Shown: piece after piece, positions 43,173-61,076 of the stretch
Position numbering within the stretch: the stretch's first letter is position 1
Layout: every line of letters starts with the position of its first letter
Origin: the human T2T-CHM13v2.0 reference genome, Homo sapiens
Assembly (NCBI RefSeq): GCF_009914755.1
Contig: NC_060930.1
Strand: one strand, 5' to 3'
DNA: 64,000 nucleotides
Made by a program: the position numbers and the translations under genes
Notes under the pieces: generated by a model
What the model saw: only the letters and a program-made list of their open reading frames with translations
The model's database searches: none
Told to the model about the DNA's origin: nothing

Positions 43173-43226
43173 CTGGTTGGTGCAAAAGTTATTGTGGTTT
43201 TTGCCATTGCTTTTGTACCAACCTGA
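43173..43226. mobile_element. MADE1 mariner MITE, internally deleted
   Basis: ggttggtgcaaaagttattgtggtttttgccattgcttttgtaccaacc, flanked by TA on both sides. Confidence 0.85.
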
Positions 43227-43569
43227 TACAATTGTTTGCTGCTGCTAGAATATAAAAATACACTTAATTTTTGCATATTGACCCTGTATTGAGCAACCCT
43301 GCTGAACTCAATTTTTATTTCTAGTAGCTTTTTTTGTAGATTCTTTAGGATATCCTACATACACAGTCATGACATCTACAAATAAGGACAGTTTTACTTC
43401 CTGACTCTTCAATTTGTATGGCTTTTTTTTACCTGATTGCACCAGGTAGAATCCAGTATAATATTGCACTAGAGTTGTGAGTTGCCTTTCTCTTGACATT
43501 AGGTTAAAGTGTTATCTTTCACCATTAAATATGTAGTGAGATGCAGGATTTTTGTAGATGCTCTTTGTG

Positions 43570-44050
43570 TAAGTTTAACTTGACTTATATGTAGCTCTGT
43601 GCTTATTTCTGAAGACATATGGAGCCATGAAACTGACCCTTGGCCACTATAGGAATGAGATATTTTGGCTAGTGATTTATAATGTGCTATTTAAAGTTCA
43701 AAACTCCCCTAGAAACACCCTCCATCGGCTTGTCTGCATTTTTATTGAAAATGTATAGCCTGATGGCTGGAACCTAGTGTACTGAGTACACAATCTGGTT
43801 TGGCTATATGACCGTAGAAAAATGAGACTGGCTTCGGATTTTTATGGTAGTGATGGGGTTGGTCAGGGTGAGGGTTCCTGTGCAAGGTGAGGAAAGGGTC
43901 TTACACGGTTTGAACTTTCCGCCAATGACAAAGGAGACAGCACTTGGGCTACCAACTTGTCCAGATGTGGGGCACAAAGGGAAGAGCAAGGGGTGAGGCC
44001 TAAAAGCTTTCAGCAGCCAAACATCTAAAAATGGTGCCAGACTTTTTATA
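43570..44050 (-). mobile_element. LTR-derived insertion in L1 (ERVL MER-type; subfamily uncertain)
   Basis: cttgtccagatgtggggcac...aaaagctttcagcagccaaacatctaaaaatggtgccagact interrupts the L1. Confidence 0.45.
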
Positions 44051-44089
44051 ATGAGGGGTGGTCATATTTTCTACACGGTCAAACTTAGT

Positions 44090-44760
44090 AACATAAAAAT
44101 ATTCATAATATCCCTGTATTGTCCTTTTGATGCCTGTGGAGTGTTTGTGATGTTTCCTCTTTCATTCTTCATGTTGTCAATTTGTGTTTTCATTTTTGCT
44201 TGATTTGCTGAGCTACAGGTTTATCTGTTTTATTGAGCCTTTCGAAGAACTAGGCTTTGGTTTTATTAATTTTATCTATTGCTATCCATTTTATATTTCA
44301 TCAATTTTCACTGTCTCTCCCATTCTTCACTTTTCCTTATATTTATTTGTATGTTTTGCTTCTTAAGGAGGATGCACAGATCATTCACTTTAGACCTTTC
44401 TTATTTCTAAATGTAGGCATTTAAAGCTAACACTTTCGCCCTAAAGCATTGCTTTAGCTGAACCCCACAAATTTTGTTATGTTGTATTTTCATTATAATT
44501 CACTTGAAAATATTTTCTAATTTCTCTTATGACTTGTTTGACCCATGGCTTGTTCAGGAAAGTATTATTTAATTCCCAAATCTTGGAGATTCCCTAGATT
44601 TTTCTTGGTTAATGATTTTTCACTTTGTTGTGGTCAAAGAATATACTCTGCATAATTTCAATCCTTTTAACTTATTGAGACATGATTTATGACCAGCATA
44701 TGGCCTACGGTAGTGAATGATCCATTTACATTTGAAAAAAATGAGTATCCCATTGTAGCT
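44090..44760 (-). mobile_element. L1M fragment
   Basis: ttgtggtcaaagaatatactctgcataatttcaatcc...ttattgagacatgatttatgacc. Confidence 0.75.
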
Positions 44761-45229
44761 GGGTGGAGGGCTCTATAACTGGGGGCAGCTTTAGATGGAG
44801 TAGTCAGGAAGGGCTTCTCTGGGAAAATGACAGTCAAAATTTATCAGTGGCAAAAAGGAGCCAACCTGGCAAAGATTGTGGAAGGAGCAGGCTGGACAGA
44901 GGGAACGGCTCGGGCAGAGACCCTGAGAGAGGGGAGGAGGTGGCTGGGTGAGAAACTTCCAGCAGGCCCTGTAATTGCTGTCATTAGAGGACAATAACCT
45001 CCTCACAACTTATGCTTAGGTTTTGGGGAGCTGCTGTTCTACCTGGCCTAATTCCTCATATCTACAATCCTCCTTTCTCCCCAGCCCTACCAGAGGCAGT
45101 AGGGACTGAAGGGCTGGGCGACTGGTCACCCATGTGGTGGGCCTGGCTCTGGCCTTTGCCCCAGGTATGATTTCCAGGAAGCTGCCTTATTCCCAAGACC
45201 CACCAGAATAAATAATATTTCTAAAACAA

Positions 45230-45460
45230 TAATAGCAGTTGTCATAGGTCATACAGTGCCAAACACACACATAGCACATTTCATTTCATCCTTGTAACTA
45301 ACTACCTTGTGGATAAGTATCATTATCCTTTTCGCCTGTGAGGAAAGTGAGGCTAGGGGAGGCTGGGAAATTCACACAAGTTCACACGGCTTTGAAGTGG
45401 CTGAGTGGGGGTTTAAACCCAGATTTGTCTCACATTGAAGCCTATGCTCATAACCATTAG
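45230..45460 (-). mobile_element. MIR
   Basis: catttcatttcatccttgtaac...gaggaaagtgaggct...tttaaacccagatttgtct. Confidence 0.7.
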
Positions 45461-46419
45461 GCAACACCGCCTTGACTATACCACCATTGATCCCTGAATT
45501 GCCATCTTAGTTTCTATCTTGATGCTGCCAAGTTTCTCAGCGTATTGAACACTGGGACCTGCCTTGTTCCTGCCAACTCTCCTGCCTCAGGCACCACCCC
45601 ATGGCCAGAACCCTGCTCTATGCTGACACCCTAAACCCCACTGGCCACCTGTGTGAGCCTGGCCTGCGCCAGGATACCCTATAGTCACATCAGGGGCTGC
45701 GTCCGCTTTGCTGTACTGGTGCGATTCCAGTTTCTGCCTGCTGGCCTCGGCGTCCCCCCAGGCCTCCCTGACCAGGGAATGGGTCCAGTTCCAGGTCTCA
45801 GCCTCTTATTGGCAGCTTCACTCCTCTGTGATTCAATAGACTGGCCCCAGGATCTGGCAGAATTTATGCTGCCCACCAGCTTCCACATTCTTCTGGTGTT
45901 TCATGTAGTTTTCACTCCTGAGGTTTTTGGGGACTCCCCCTGCCCTTCGCACCCTGAACAACATCTCCAGCCATAGGCTGGAGAAACCATAGGATGGAGA
46001 AACCCCATCACTGAAACATTTTTACACTGTTACATCCAATATATGTATGTTTAGTTATACACCAATCATAGACATGCACTATTATACCAGTATAGTAGAT
46101 ATATGATAAAGCACAGCATTACACAGCGAGATAAATGCAACTCTCTAATGCATACAGACATATTTGTGTGTGTATAGAATATACACAAAGCAATATTTTT
46201 TTACAGGAATTTGCATGTGGTGCAGATGAGAGGTACATCCCTCCTCTGCAGACCCCTTAACCACAGGATCCAGACAAGCCCCTCAGGGCAGCTCCCTGGC
46301 TGTCCATCCTGGACCCCCTCTCTCCTAAAGCTGAGCCTCCTTCTCCACCCCAGCCCAGACCTCTCCCTCTTCCAGGCAGCTCACCCTCCACTCTCCTCCA
46401 TCCCAACACCGGTTGGGGA

Positions 46420-46630
46420 GTCAGAACAGCCTGGGATTAACTTTGGACGGCTGCTTCCCAGCTGTGTGACTATGAACAGTGTATGGCGCCTCTCCAGGCT
46501 TCAGTTCTCTTCTGTAACTTGGGATCATAGCACCAACTTTTCAGGGTGGTTGTGAGGACAGAAAGAGGAAACACCTAGAAGGGAGCCTGGCCCAAAAAGG
46601 GTGGTCAACGAATGGTGGCCATCACTGTTA
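46420..46630 (+). mobile_element. MIR
   Basis: ccagctgtgtgact...cttcagttctcttctgtaac...cagggtggttgtgagga. Confidence 0.7.
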
Positions 46631-48097
46631 TCTTGCCAGATGAGTTCACTTCTGCCTCCAGCCCTGCTGCATACTGATCCTTCCTTCCCTGCTGCGGGCC
46701 CCTTACCTTTCCTCCCCACCACTCCCAATCCTCCAGGCTGGTGCTTCAGGACCCGGTTAAAGTGCTAACTTTTCTAACCACTCCAGCCCACTGAACTACT
46801 CCCCAGATTCTCCCTATGCCGGGATCCCCTGACCGGCTGCCCTTAGGCCCAGGAAGCCACAGATTGCTGATTAACCCTTTCTGTCTACTGTCACTGCCCC
46901 AGCTGCTTATAGGCTCCTAAAGGGCAGAGGCTACAGAGCTCCAGTGTCTTTGGTACCCACCACAGACAGTGCTCAGGCAAAGCTGCTGAAGTGGATCAGT
47001 GCCGTCAATCACAGGGATCTGAGGTCTTCCAAAACCCTCCACCCCGTTGCATTTTACCACCCCTTGTCCATTTGCTGAAATCACAAGGCTGGGTCTGTGG
47101 GCCTGTGAAATCCCTCAGGCCCCTGTAGAAGAGGCCACTCCAACCAGACACTCCAGCAGGTTCTGCTGAGCACAGATCAGCATCTAATCACGTTTCCATC
47201 ACAACACGGTGAGAAACGTGTGACTGGCCCTTAGCAACGGTCTCTCAAGAAAGCTACCCCTATAGAGAGCTCATTAAGTTCGCTGCACACACGTGAGGCA
47301 AAATCTAAAAACAGACCTGTGCTGTCTGAAGCCTCCTGCAGCACGTGGCAGAAGCTGGAAAGGGCAAGGACAGAGCTTTGCTCTAAATAAGGGCAGGGAA
47401 AGAGAAAGCCCCTGAGCGGGTCCAGATCCCAGAGAAAGATGGCACTGGACTCCCTTGCTGGGGTGAGCATCTGCAGAGTGGAGAGCCCTAAGGTGAGGCC
47501 AGGCCAGCCACCCCCACCCCATCCTACCCCACCCCAGCCACAAGCTGCTCCCAGGCCCCGGTGCTGGGGAGCTCTCCTTCACCCCAGTAAGCCCCTGTGT
47601 CGTTTGGAACCCAGGAAAGAGCATCACCTGGAATTGGCCGTGATGAGAGTTTGAAATAGTAAGATAAGAACTTAACATTTAAAACTTAAAATTCATTTCA
47701 ATCCAGCAAACCTCAGGAACTTAGCATGTTGCAAACCACTTTCCTGGGTGACCCAGTCCTCACTGTTAAGAAGTTTACAAGAACATGTAAGACTTACAAC
47801 TCATACCCACAATTCAGGATGACACACAGTGAATGCTGTAATGGAGAAGCAGGCAATGCATTCTGAAGGCAGAGAGAAAGGAAAACCACCACCAAACAGG
47901 GAATCAGGGAAGGCTGCATGGAAGAAACGGCGCCTGCCCGGGGCCTTGGCTCCTAACTCCTGGTACCTGAAAGTTGTCTTCCTCAGTGTTCAGTTGCATG
48001 CAGCTAGCGCTGGTTAAGTAGTTAATTAAGAAGGTGTCTTGAGAACTTGGTTACCGCCTGTTCCCTGGTTTGCTGAGGGAAAGTTGCGGCTTCTGCT

Positions 48098-48954
<857 letters not shown>

Positions 48955-50799
48955 TTACTCCCTGTGCTGGTCTTCTCCCTTCCTTATGGAGACCATGGTG
49001 ATACCATGGGCTCTCCTTAGCTCACTGTGGTGGAAAAGTAGGAAAGCCAACTAGGGCAGCATAGGCTGCGGAGTTAGCTTCTGCTTTTAAAATGGTTTTG
49101 AAATGCAAGGCAGTCCCAGCCACCTTCATGGAATGCTATCCTTGATGCAAAATCAGCACAAGGGGTAAACACTGATCCTTTTCTGTGGAGTACACACACA
49201 AAAGACAGTCTTTCTGCATTAAAGGGATAGCAAACCTGGAAGGTGAAGCAAAAAGGATGTGCGTTCCACTCTGACGTGTGTTTGAAAAGAATGAAGAAGA
49301 GCCGGCGAGGGAGTCAGCGTCTTCACCTAAAGGTCTTGGCAGGCCACTGGACAACAGTAAATGGGTCTGAAAAATAACATCATATACAGCTGGAGAGGGA
49401 ATGTCCAGGAGAGCCCAGAGTTTGAAATACAGGCTATCAGACATGCGGGCACTGGAGCCTGGGTCAGAAGTGTCTGGGTCCACACAGGCTGCAGCTGGCA
49501 AAGGGGTGGCATGAAGAGGGGGAGCCTCTGTGTAGTGTTAGCTGGGAGAGTCCTGCGCCATCCTCAGAGTCACCAGGAGACTCCATTCCCAGGAGGCAGA
49601 CACTGAAACGTCTTTCTCTTAGCAAGGAGGCAGCTGTCACACCTTCTTCTGAGAGAGCCACACTCAAAGCTGGAACACTATGGACTGTGCTTCTCTTTCA
49701 GACCCATGGGTCCGGTAAAAGTTGGCAACAAAGGAGTTGCTGAGACCTGGATATGGGGATGATGAAAACATGCTTTGTGAACTGCAATGCACTATACAAA
49801 TGTTGGGGGTTTTTTAAAGGAAATTAGCATCAACATGAACTACAGTGTGAGCAGGCATCTACGGTTCCCAGGCTCTTAGTAGCTAGAGCTGGTTGCCTCA
49901 CTCTGACTCTCCTCACTGAAAATTAACCAGTTCATTTATTTCTTCCTTTACTCGGTGCATTGGAGTCACACTTACTGAGCACCTACTATGTGCTAGGCAC
50001 TGGGCCTACTAAAATGAAGAAATGGATGATACCCTCAAGAAATTCACAGCTTGGTAAAAATGTTCCAAAGGTACCAGTCATGCCAAATGCATGGAAAAGG
50101 GTATGAAAGGAAACAAACCAGAAGTGGCTTTCTCTGGGGAGGAGGGAAGGAGGGGGTACTATTGACTTCTTTACCAATAAAAGACTCAGCTATAGCACCC
50201 GTGTGTACCCCTGGGTTTCAATAGATGACTCCGATGTGAGTGGGTGTTTTACATGCAACCAGATGAAAATGGCTTTGATTTTTGATTTTGGAATAAACTG
50301 CTTTTTCGATTAGTCAGAAGTTCTATGAAATGTTCCCAGCTGGCTCCTGGGTAAATGTCCCAAGCCTGCAGACTACATGAGCTCCAGACAACATTTAATT
50401 ATTTCCTATTTCACACTGCCCATGCAGAGAATGAATTTTGCTTCACGTGCACGGAGCTACTTGGGCTCATTTTCCTGCTGTTTTCAACTTCCCATTGACC
50501 CAAATCCCTCTCTGGCCCTAGGGATTGAGACTTTGTGTTCCAGTTACATAAATTCTAGGCCTCAGAATAGCCACGCATGCTGGCAGCTCTTTACCCTGTC
50601 GCCTGGGCCCTCACATCCTGCCGTGGTATCCTTTCAGATGACCACAGCTCTCTTCCGCCCTCCTGGGTGGGCAGGGCCAGAAGGGCCAGGAAATAGCCCC
50701 AAATGGGAGGACTAAACCCCCTAGCCAAGCACCCTGACCACAGTGCCCACTCCTCATTACAGGACACAGGGGAAGAAGGCTTCCTAAGTGTCCTCCAAG

Positions 50800-51797
<998 letters not shown>

Positions 51798-51834
51798 CTA
51801 CACATGAACTAAGTTTTTTGAGGACATGAGAAAA

Positions 51835-51883
51835 AAATTGCATTCCTTTGCTAGGGACACACACACACACACACACACAAAGA

Positions 51884-51917
<34 letters not shown>

Positions 51918-52274
51918 GACTGGGCGGCTTAAACAAAAATGTATTTTCTCACTCTTCCGGAGGCCAGAAGTCCAACATCAATTTCCTCTTCAGGGTTGGT
52001 GTCTTCTGAGGTTTCTCCTTGGCTTGCAGAGGGCGCCCTCTTGTGGCCTCTGCATGCGGTCATCCCTCTCTGCAAGAGGCCCTAATAGCTCCTTGCAGGT
52101 TCAATTTCCTCTTCTTATAAGAACAGCAGGCAGATTGGATTAGGGCTCACCCTAATGGTCTCTTTAAAATTAATCGCCTCTTTAGAAATCCAGTCTCTAA
52201 ATACAGTCACATTCTAAGGTGTTATGGGTTAGGGCTTCAACATGAGTTTTGGGGAAGCACACTGCCACCCATAC
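51835..52274 (-). mobile_element. MLT1A/B-like MaLR LTR with a (CA)n expansion at 51857-51915
   Basis: gactgggcggcttaaacaaaaatgtattttctcac...ggattagggctcaccctaatg...cccataca. Confidence 0.8.
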
Positions 52275-52580
52275 AAGGAGTCTTCTCAAAATGGACGGTG
52301 TGTCAGCATCCACCAGTCCTCTCTGAAACCCTTTCCTTCGGTGTGTGGGACCAAGGTGAGGCACACTGGACCCTCTCTTTACTTCCCCTCAGCTCCCTCA
52401 TAACCTCACACCGCTCTCCAAGAGGCAGCTGATTCTGTGGACCCAACTGCCTCTCCGAAGAGCAGCTGCGCCCTTGGTAAAGGAGAAAGTAGAAAAGGAA
52501 AAGGAGAAGCTCAGGTGAGAGCATTCATGAGACCAGCAGGGAGAAGGGGCAGCAGAGAGGGAGCCGCCTGCCTCTGTCTC

Positions 52581-53396
<816 letters not shown>

Positions 53397-53407
53397 GTCT
53401 CCAGAAT

Positions 53408-54003
53408 TGAGACAGGCAGGGAACCATCTTAGGGGCCTGCTGGGCTCCCCCAACCACTGTCCCCTGCCCAGCATGGAAAAATTTTGAGTCCCTTCAAGGG
53501 AAATTCCAGGCACCCAACTAGCCCTACGGCCAGCAATTAGAGAATTGAATAAATAATCCCCTAAGTGAGAAGATCATAATAACTTTTGCAATAGCCACCC
53601 AAATAAGTCAGAGTCACAAGATGTTTGTTTCCCTACAGAAACTAAAGATAACATCTTGACATATGTCCTTGAGTTGTTTTTAAGAAACCAGGACTCCCAC
53701 CTGATGGAAAATGCCAGCTGTCTTCACAGTGATCTCAGACAGACTGAAGCCAAGAAGTAGATTTTAAAAGTTCCAGAAATTCTCTCACTTTGGAGACGAT
53801 CCCCAACACACCACACCCTGCCACCTTTAAAAACCCCTGCTTGGAAGCCATCAGGGAGTTTGGGTCTTAAGCGTTAGCTGCTCATTCTCCTTGGCTCTGC
53901 TCAGTGCAATAAATGTCTCACTTTCTCTCACTGCAAATCCTGGTGTCAGTATTTGGCTTTTTCTGTGCATTAGGCAAGCAGACACAAGTTTGGTTTGGTA
54001 ACA
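53408..54003 (+). mobile_element. MER39-like ERV1 solo LTR
   Basis: tgagacaggcagggaaccatcttaggggcctg...ccttcaagggaaattccaggcacc...ggtttggtaaca; TSD GAAT/GAAC. Confidence 0.8.
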
Positions 54004-55263
54004 GAACTAGAGGTGAAGTAACCTCTCAACCCCACCCAATTTAAAAGGCTAAGCAGGGTGCAAGTTTGGAGCCAAATCAAGGCTAAACCACTTGGGAGCT
54101 GTGTGGTTATGGATCAGCCACTTACCTTCTTCATGCTTCTGTTCATTCATTTGTTCTACAAAATAAGCATAGGCTTTCAGACACCACCCTAGATCTTAAT
54201 TACATGTTGGTAAAATGGGAATAATAAACCCAATTTTCTGAGTTGTTAGGAACATTCGACATAAACACCTAGGACAATGTCTAACCTATTAGTGATTGGT
54301 TGGGGACTTGGTCTGTGTTTGTCCACTTCTGTGTCACTTCAGTACAAGGGAGAGTAACTGGGACTCAATCGATATTTGAGAAAGGAAAGAGAGACAGAGG
54401 TGAGAGGAGACTAGGAGGGAGAGGAGATAAAGAGGTGAGTGTGGGGGACTGAATGGTCGGTGTCATTACTGCTACCACTTGGGATCGCCTGGACCCTGGG
54501 CAGTCCGAGAACATGGTCACTTTGGTACCAACCCTGAACCACATCACTTCCTTTCTTCCCCAGCAGGGCTTCTAGGAACAGAAGACTTTGTTCTCCGAGA
54601 GATTCCAGATTAGATTCCAGGTTTTTTTTTTAACTTTATGTATACACATTTAATTAGAATAGGCATAAACCAAAAAGAAGAAAAAAATCAGGATAAAGGG
54701 TCACTATCATTTTGTTTGCAAGGAGGAGTCAGAAAATGGAACAAATTACCAGAAAAATATTCTAAGGCCATCCTGAAGTAGCTAGGTTACATAATCTTGA
54801 GTCAAATGCCAAAATTAAGTATTATACCACTTAATCCAAATGAACAAAAGGGGAGTCAAAAGTTTATCCTGTTTAGGGTAATAATTTTTACATAGAATAT
54901 ATAGTGATTTGTTTCTCACAAAGTGGTACTGGTCCATGAAGCAACTGAAATGTCCCTCTGACACTCTGTCACCTCCATCTCCCCCGATTTTTGTTCCCCC
55001 TCACTTCTGACACCAGGACCTTCTTGCTACTCACAGACTGCTTAGGGCCCCTCACCCTGAAGGAAAAACAGGAGGGAGTGAGAGGACAGAGCCCTGGACC
55101 CTCCCACATTCTCCCCCTAACCCTGTACAAGGCTGGTCCCCTTCTTGATATTCCCAGACACCAAGTCTGTGGAATTAGCTAGTGAACAAATTCTCACTGT
55201 GGTGTGGTCATCACAGCGTAGTGTGTGACCCCTTCCAAGGGCAGCTGCCGTATCGTGGGGCCT

Positions 55264-55721
55264 TGAGGCACGGGAATAGGAATTGAAGGTAACCAAGGGT
55301 TAAGGCTTAAGCAAAAGAACAACAGGTACAGATAGTTCTAGGCAGGATTAGGTAGCATACAGCCCACATCGTGGCTCCTCTGATAACAAGACAGAGGTCT
55401 CCGCTTCAGCCTCTGATTGGTCTCAGGCCAGTCCTTCATAGGGAATAACCAATTGGAGGCCTCCAAAGGGCACCTAGGGGTGTTACCAAATTCTTTTAGC
55501 CTAATAAAAACCCTAAATCAGGGGGCTCTTGAGCTGCTTGCTCGAGCCTGCTCCCACTCTGTGGAACGTACTTTCACTTCAATAAATCTGTGTTTTCGTT
55601 GCTTAGTTCTTTTGTTGCTTTGTCTTTTGTTGTTTCATTCTTTTGTTGCTTTGTTTGTGTGTTGGGTTCAACACACCAAGAACCTGCACAACTCACAGTC
55701 AAGACCTTCCATCTGGTAACA
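55264..55721 (+). mobile_element. MER61-like ERV1 solo LTR
   Basis: tgaggcacgggaatagg...ggtaaccaagggttaaggc...ccatctggtaaca; exact 4-bp TSD GCCT; CCAAT boxes and AATAAA. Confidence 0.8.
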
Positions 55722-56155
55722 GCCTGTGCTTTAAGCCAAAGACAATAATTATAGAAAGTTATCCAGGAAGGGACTTTTACAGACCAACTGGCCTGAACCT
55801 GCACCTCCAATGGCAAATCTGTAGCCCCACAAAAAATGCAAAAATGAAAACTAAGCCCCCAAACAGAATGTCTCCTTTTCACCCCCTGACCCCTAGTTTC
55901 TCTATAAACCAGACTGTTCATGATGGCCTACATTTTTGGCTTGGCAGAGACAAGCAAAAAAAAAAAAAAAAAAAAAAAAACCACCTTCTGTCTCATTGCC
56001 TTCTCAGTGCCCTCAAACATTGCCAGGCATGTCCTATTATTACCTCTACATCTGATAACTAATTTCCTGACACGTGGAGCTCTCCCAAGAAGCCATTCCC
56101 ACGACCAGAGGCTTCAAACCGGGCTGCTGTAACCCTAGTCCACACAGGACATTAG

Positions 56156-56585
<430 letters not shown>

Positions 56586-56822
56586 GTTTTGATGCCAGGA
56601 AATCGAGGGCCTGAGTTTCCTGTATCTCAGCAAAGTAGGTGGGGATTGAAAGGCCTTCCCTGCCCTGCTGCCCAAGCTGAGCTGAGAGCTTTCCTGGTGC
56701 CCGGGCAGGGGCGGGGCAGGCATGCACAGGCCTGTCCATGCCCACATGTGTCTCCAGCACAGATGTTAACCACAGAGTATGACAGGAAGACCCCACTTCA
56801 CTTCTGCAGACCCAGTAGCAAG

Positions 56823-57757
56823 CAGAGAAGGATTAACCCTGAAGCGAATGAAGCTTTAGTACCTCACTTCAAGGATCTGGGAAGGGCCCCAGCAATGTGT
56901 TCCTATGTCATGTGTCTTTGTAAACTGTATAGATTTAAGCTATCTTAACCTCAGCCAGTGAAGACTCTTTCCCTCCTGGTGTCCCCTCCATCACACAGCG
57001 CCTTTTGTAGAGTGACAGAGGATGTTCTGAGCATCTGGTTAAGGGGAATTAAATACAGGAAACATTTAATTGGGATTTCTTGGGATATTTTATATGGTCC
57101 ACAGTTACTTCTATGTGTTAAGTAATTGCTAGCTGTTGTGAGGAATGGCTTCAGGAAGTCTCACCGCCTTCTTGCCCCAGAGGTGCAAGGCCAGGGGCTG
57201 TGCAGCAACAGTGAGGGAGAGGCAGAATTTGGAATGGATGGAGCCAGAAGCGAGTCTGTGGAATATTCATCCAGTTCTCACAGCTCACATGAGAAACCTG
57301 ACACTAGGCTTCAAACATTTGACAACAAATCTGAAAATGTACATAACACTGCCAATAAACAGCAGGAAGAAACTTTGGTAAAATAGAATAAAGAAATGTT
57401 TTCCACCATGTTTGAGGAAAAGTGAATTATCTTTCTCTTCTCTCCGTAAAAAAAAAAAAGGAATCACAAAGTTGTCATGTGAAGAGGCGATTGAAGAGTA
57501 TGGAAGAAAAAAAAAAGATGGGGAATGAATGAAGGGAATAAAGTGTTAATATAGTGTTATAAGGGTGTTTCAAAGAGTTAATTAATAAAAATAGTATGTT
57601 GTTTGAATTTGATATTTGTGGAATTTCTGATTCATTGTGACTTCTTTTCTCATTCTAAATAAATGCTTTTATACCTAGAATTTTAATGTGTATTTTTGTT
57701 TTAAGAAAGCCTCCAAAATTATATAAGCTTCAGGCCCCACAAAACTTGGATGCAGCA
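56823..57757 (+). mobile_element. hAT-Tip100 DNA transposon derivative (Zaphod/MER115-like) with a transposase C-terminal remnant
   Basis: Terminal ataagcttcaggccccacaaaacttggat; FKHLTTNLKMYITLPINS in ORF 57145..57381 resembles the hAT dimerisation motif FPNL..lLkiYlTLPvts. Confidence 0.7.
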
Positions 57758-58551
57758 TGGCAGGAAGTCACTAAGGTAACAATTTAGACCCATCAGAAAG
57801 AAGTCAACCATGTAACTAACAACAGCAATGGCATTCTGCCTTCTGCAATCCCAGAGAGCTTTTATATATAAGAAAGGCAATTTAGCACTGACAAGCGCTG
57901 GGTTCATAAGTAATAGAACCTTTCATTTCCTTTAACACGGTTAAAGGAAACATTCTCACTTGCAGATGAATAATGCACACTAATTTCTGCAATTTGGTAG
58001 TTCGGACCTCAAAAGGAAGGAGAGATCCAATGTCAAGCGAACTTTGTCATTGTTTCTGGTAAGGTGGGGCTGGGGGGTCTCTGGTGGTCATGGGGAATCC
58101 TGTCCCACTGCAGGGATATATGGGAGGACAGAAACTTCCCCTGACCTCAATTAGAGGAGGGGAAGACTCATATCTCCGGAACAAATCTCTCCACCGGCTC
58201 ACCCAAGCCTCAGGAAAGGTATGAATGGTTTTAATTTTGAGTCTGCTTTGGCAGCCATTTTTCCTTGACTTTCATTTTCTTCCTTTCTTTTCAAATTATT
58301 TTATATTTGGGGAAATGAGGCATCAACCAAAAAAATCAAGTCAACAACATGCTTGTGTCTATTAGGAGGACAGCTGGGAGCATGCACTGGTGGTGGCTGA
58401 GGCTGGGATTTTGACAGGGTTCTCCCGGTTCCCATTGTGCCTCCTGAGCCACGACAAGGTCCCCAAGGAAGGCTGAACATGACAAATGTCTCACCCTGCC
58501 CTCTGTTTATTTCTTTAAATGTTCACTACATTATTTAGTAACTACTCTTAA

Positions 58552-59989
<1,438 letters not shown>

Positions 59990-60382
59990 TATTGGAAGAA
60001 AGAAATACATGTTTATGCCTTTAAAAATCCCCTGTCTCTTCTGGTAGCAAGGCCTTGGAGCCCAGGTCCAGATGATAGTGAAAGGTACAAGAGTAGCTGC
60101 AGCTGGTACACCCAGGATTCTCCACATGAGGCCACCAGGGCACCTTTTCCAAAATCACCTGGGGCTTTTTAAGATGCAGATTTCCAGGGTCTCCCCTCTG
60201 AATTTTACCAAAGTGCCCAGATGCCATCCTTACCCTGAAATTCTGAGGTCTAACCCTGTGCCCAGAGGAGCCAAGAGCAAGTCCCTTGGACTAGAAGTAT
60301 CCTTTTGTGGAGTACAGGAATCCCAGGTCCCTCACTCTCTACCTCAGGAGGCTCTTCGGCTTCTGTAGAGCAGCTACTGGAG

Positions 60383-60778
60383 TGTGATGGTTAATATTTA
60401 GTGTCAACTTGATTGGATTAAAGGATGCAAATTATTGATCCTGGGTGTGTCTGTGAAGGTGTTGCCAAAGGAGATTAACATTTGAGTCAATGGGCTGGGA
60501 CAGGCAGACCCACCCTTAATCTGGGTGGGCACCATCTAATCAGCAGCCAGTGCAGCCAAAATATAAAGCAAGCAGAAAAACGTGAAAAGCCTAGACGGTC
60601 CTAGCCTCCCAGACTACATCTTTCTCCCATGCTGGTTGCTTCCTGCCCTCAAACATGGGATTCCAAGTTCTTCAGCTTTGGGACTCAGACTGGCTTCTTT
60701 GATCCTCAGCTTGCAGACAGCCTACTGCGGGGCCTTGTGATCATGTGAGTTAATACTACTTAATACACTTAATACTCC
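60383..60778 (+). mobile_element. MLT2A (HERV-L) LTR, 3'-truncated
   Basis: tgtgatggttaatatttagtgtcaacttgattggattaaaggatgcaa...ccttgtgatcatgtgagttaatact. Confidence 0.9.
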
Positions 60779-61076
60779 ATTATCCATGTAACTTCTGTAG
60801 CCCCTGCATCAACTGACTCTGCCGGATGATTCCACAGTAGGGCATGGAGTCATTGACCAGAAGCCAGAGCTGATGACTCCATGCACCCCTCTCAGACTTG
60901 GAAGAAGAGCCACACCACAATGCATGGGGGATGAATTCCTCAGCAGTTTCTAAAAGGGCCAGGTGATGGAACCCCAAAGTGTGGTATATGAAACTCCACA
61001 GGGGATGAACTCTGATCTGTTGAGGATAGGAGTCAGGAGGGATTCTGCAGATCAAGTCACCCTCTATTCCTTCCTC
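60775..61076 (+). repeat. Local duplicate of 62485-62785
   Basis: About 18 differences in ~302 bp (~94%), counted by hand. Confidence 0.95.

Larger units (their letters stand above)
41290..43570 (-). mobile_element. L1MB/MC-type LINE (3' end and ORF2 region)
   Basis: Long antisense L1 (tttccctgatgactaataactttgagcatcttttcatgtgctta; ttctcccagtttgtggcttgcctttt). Confidence 0.85.
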
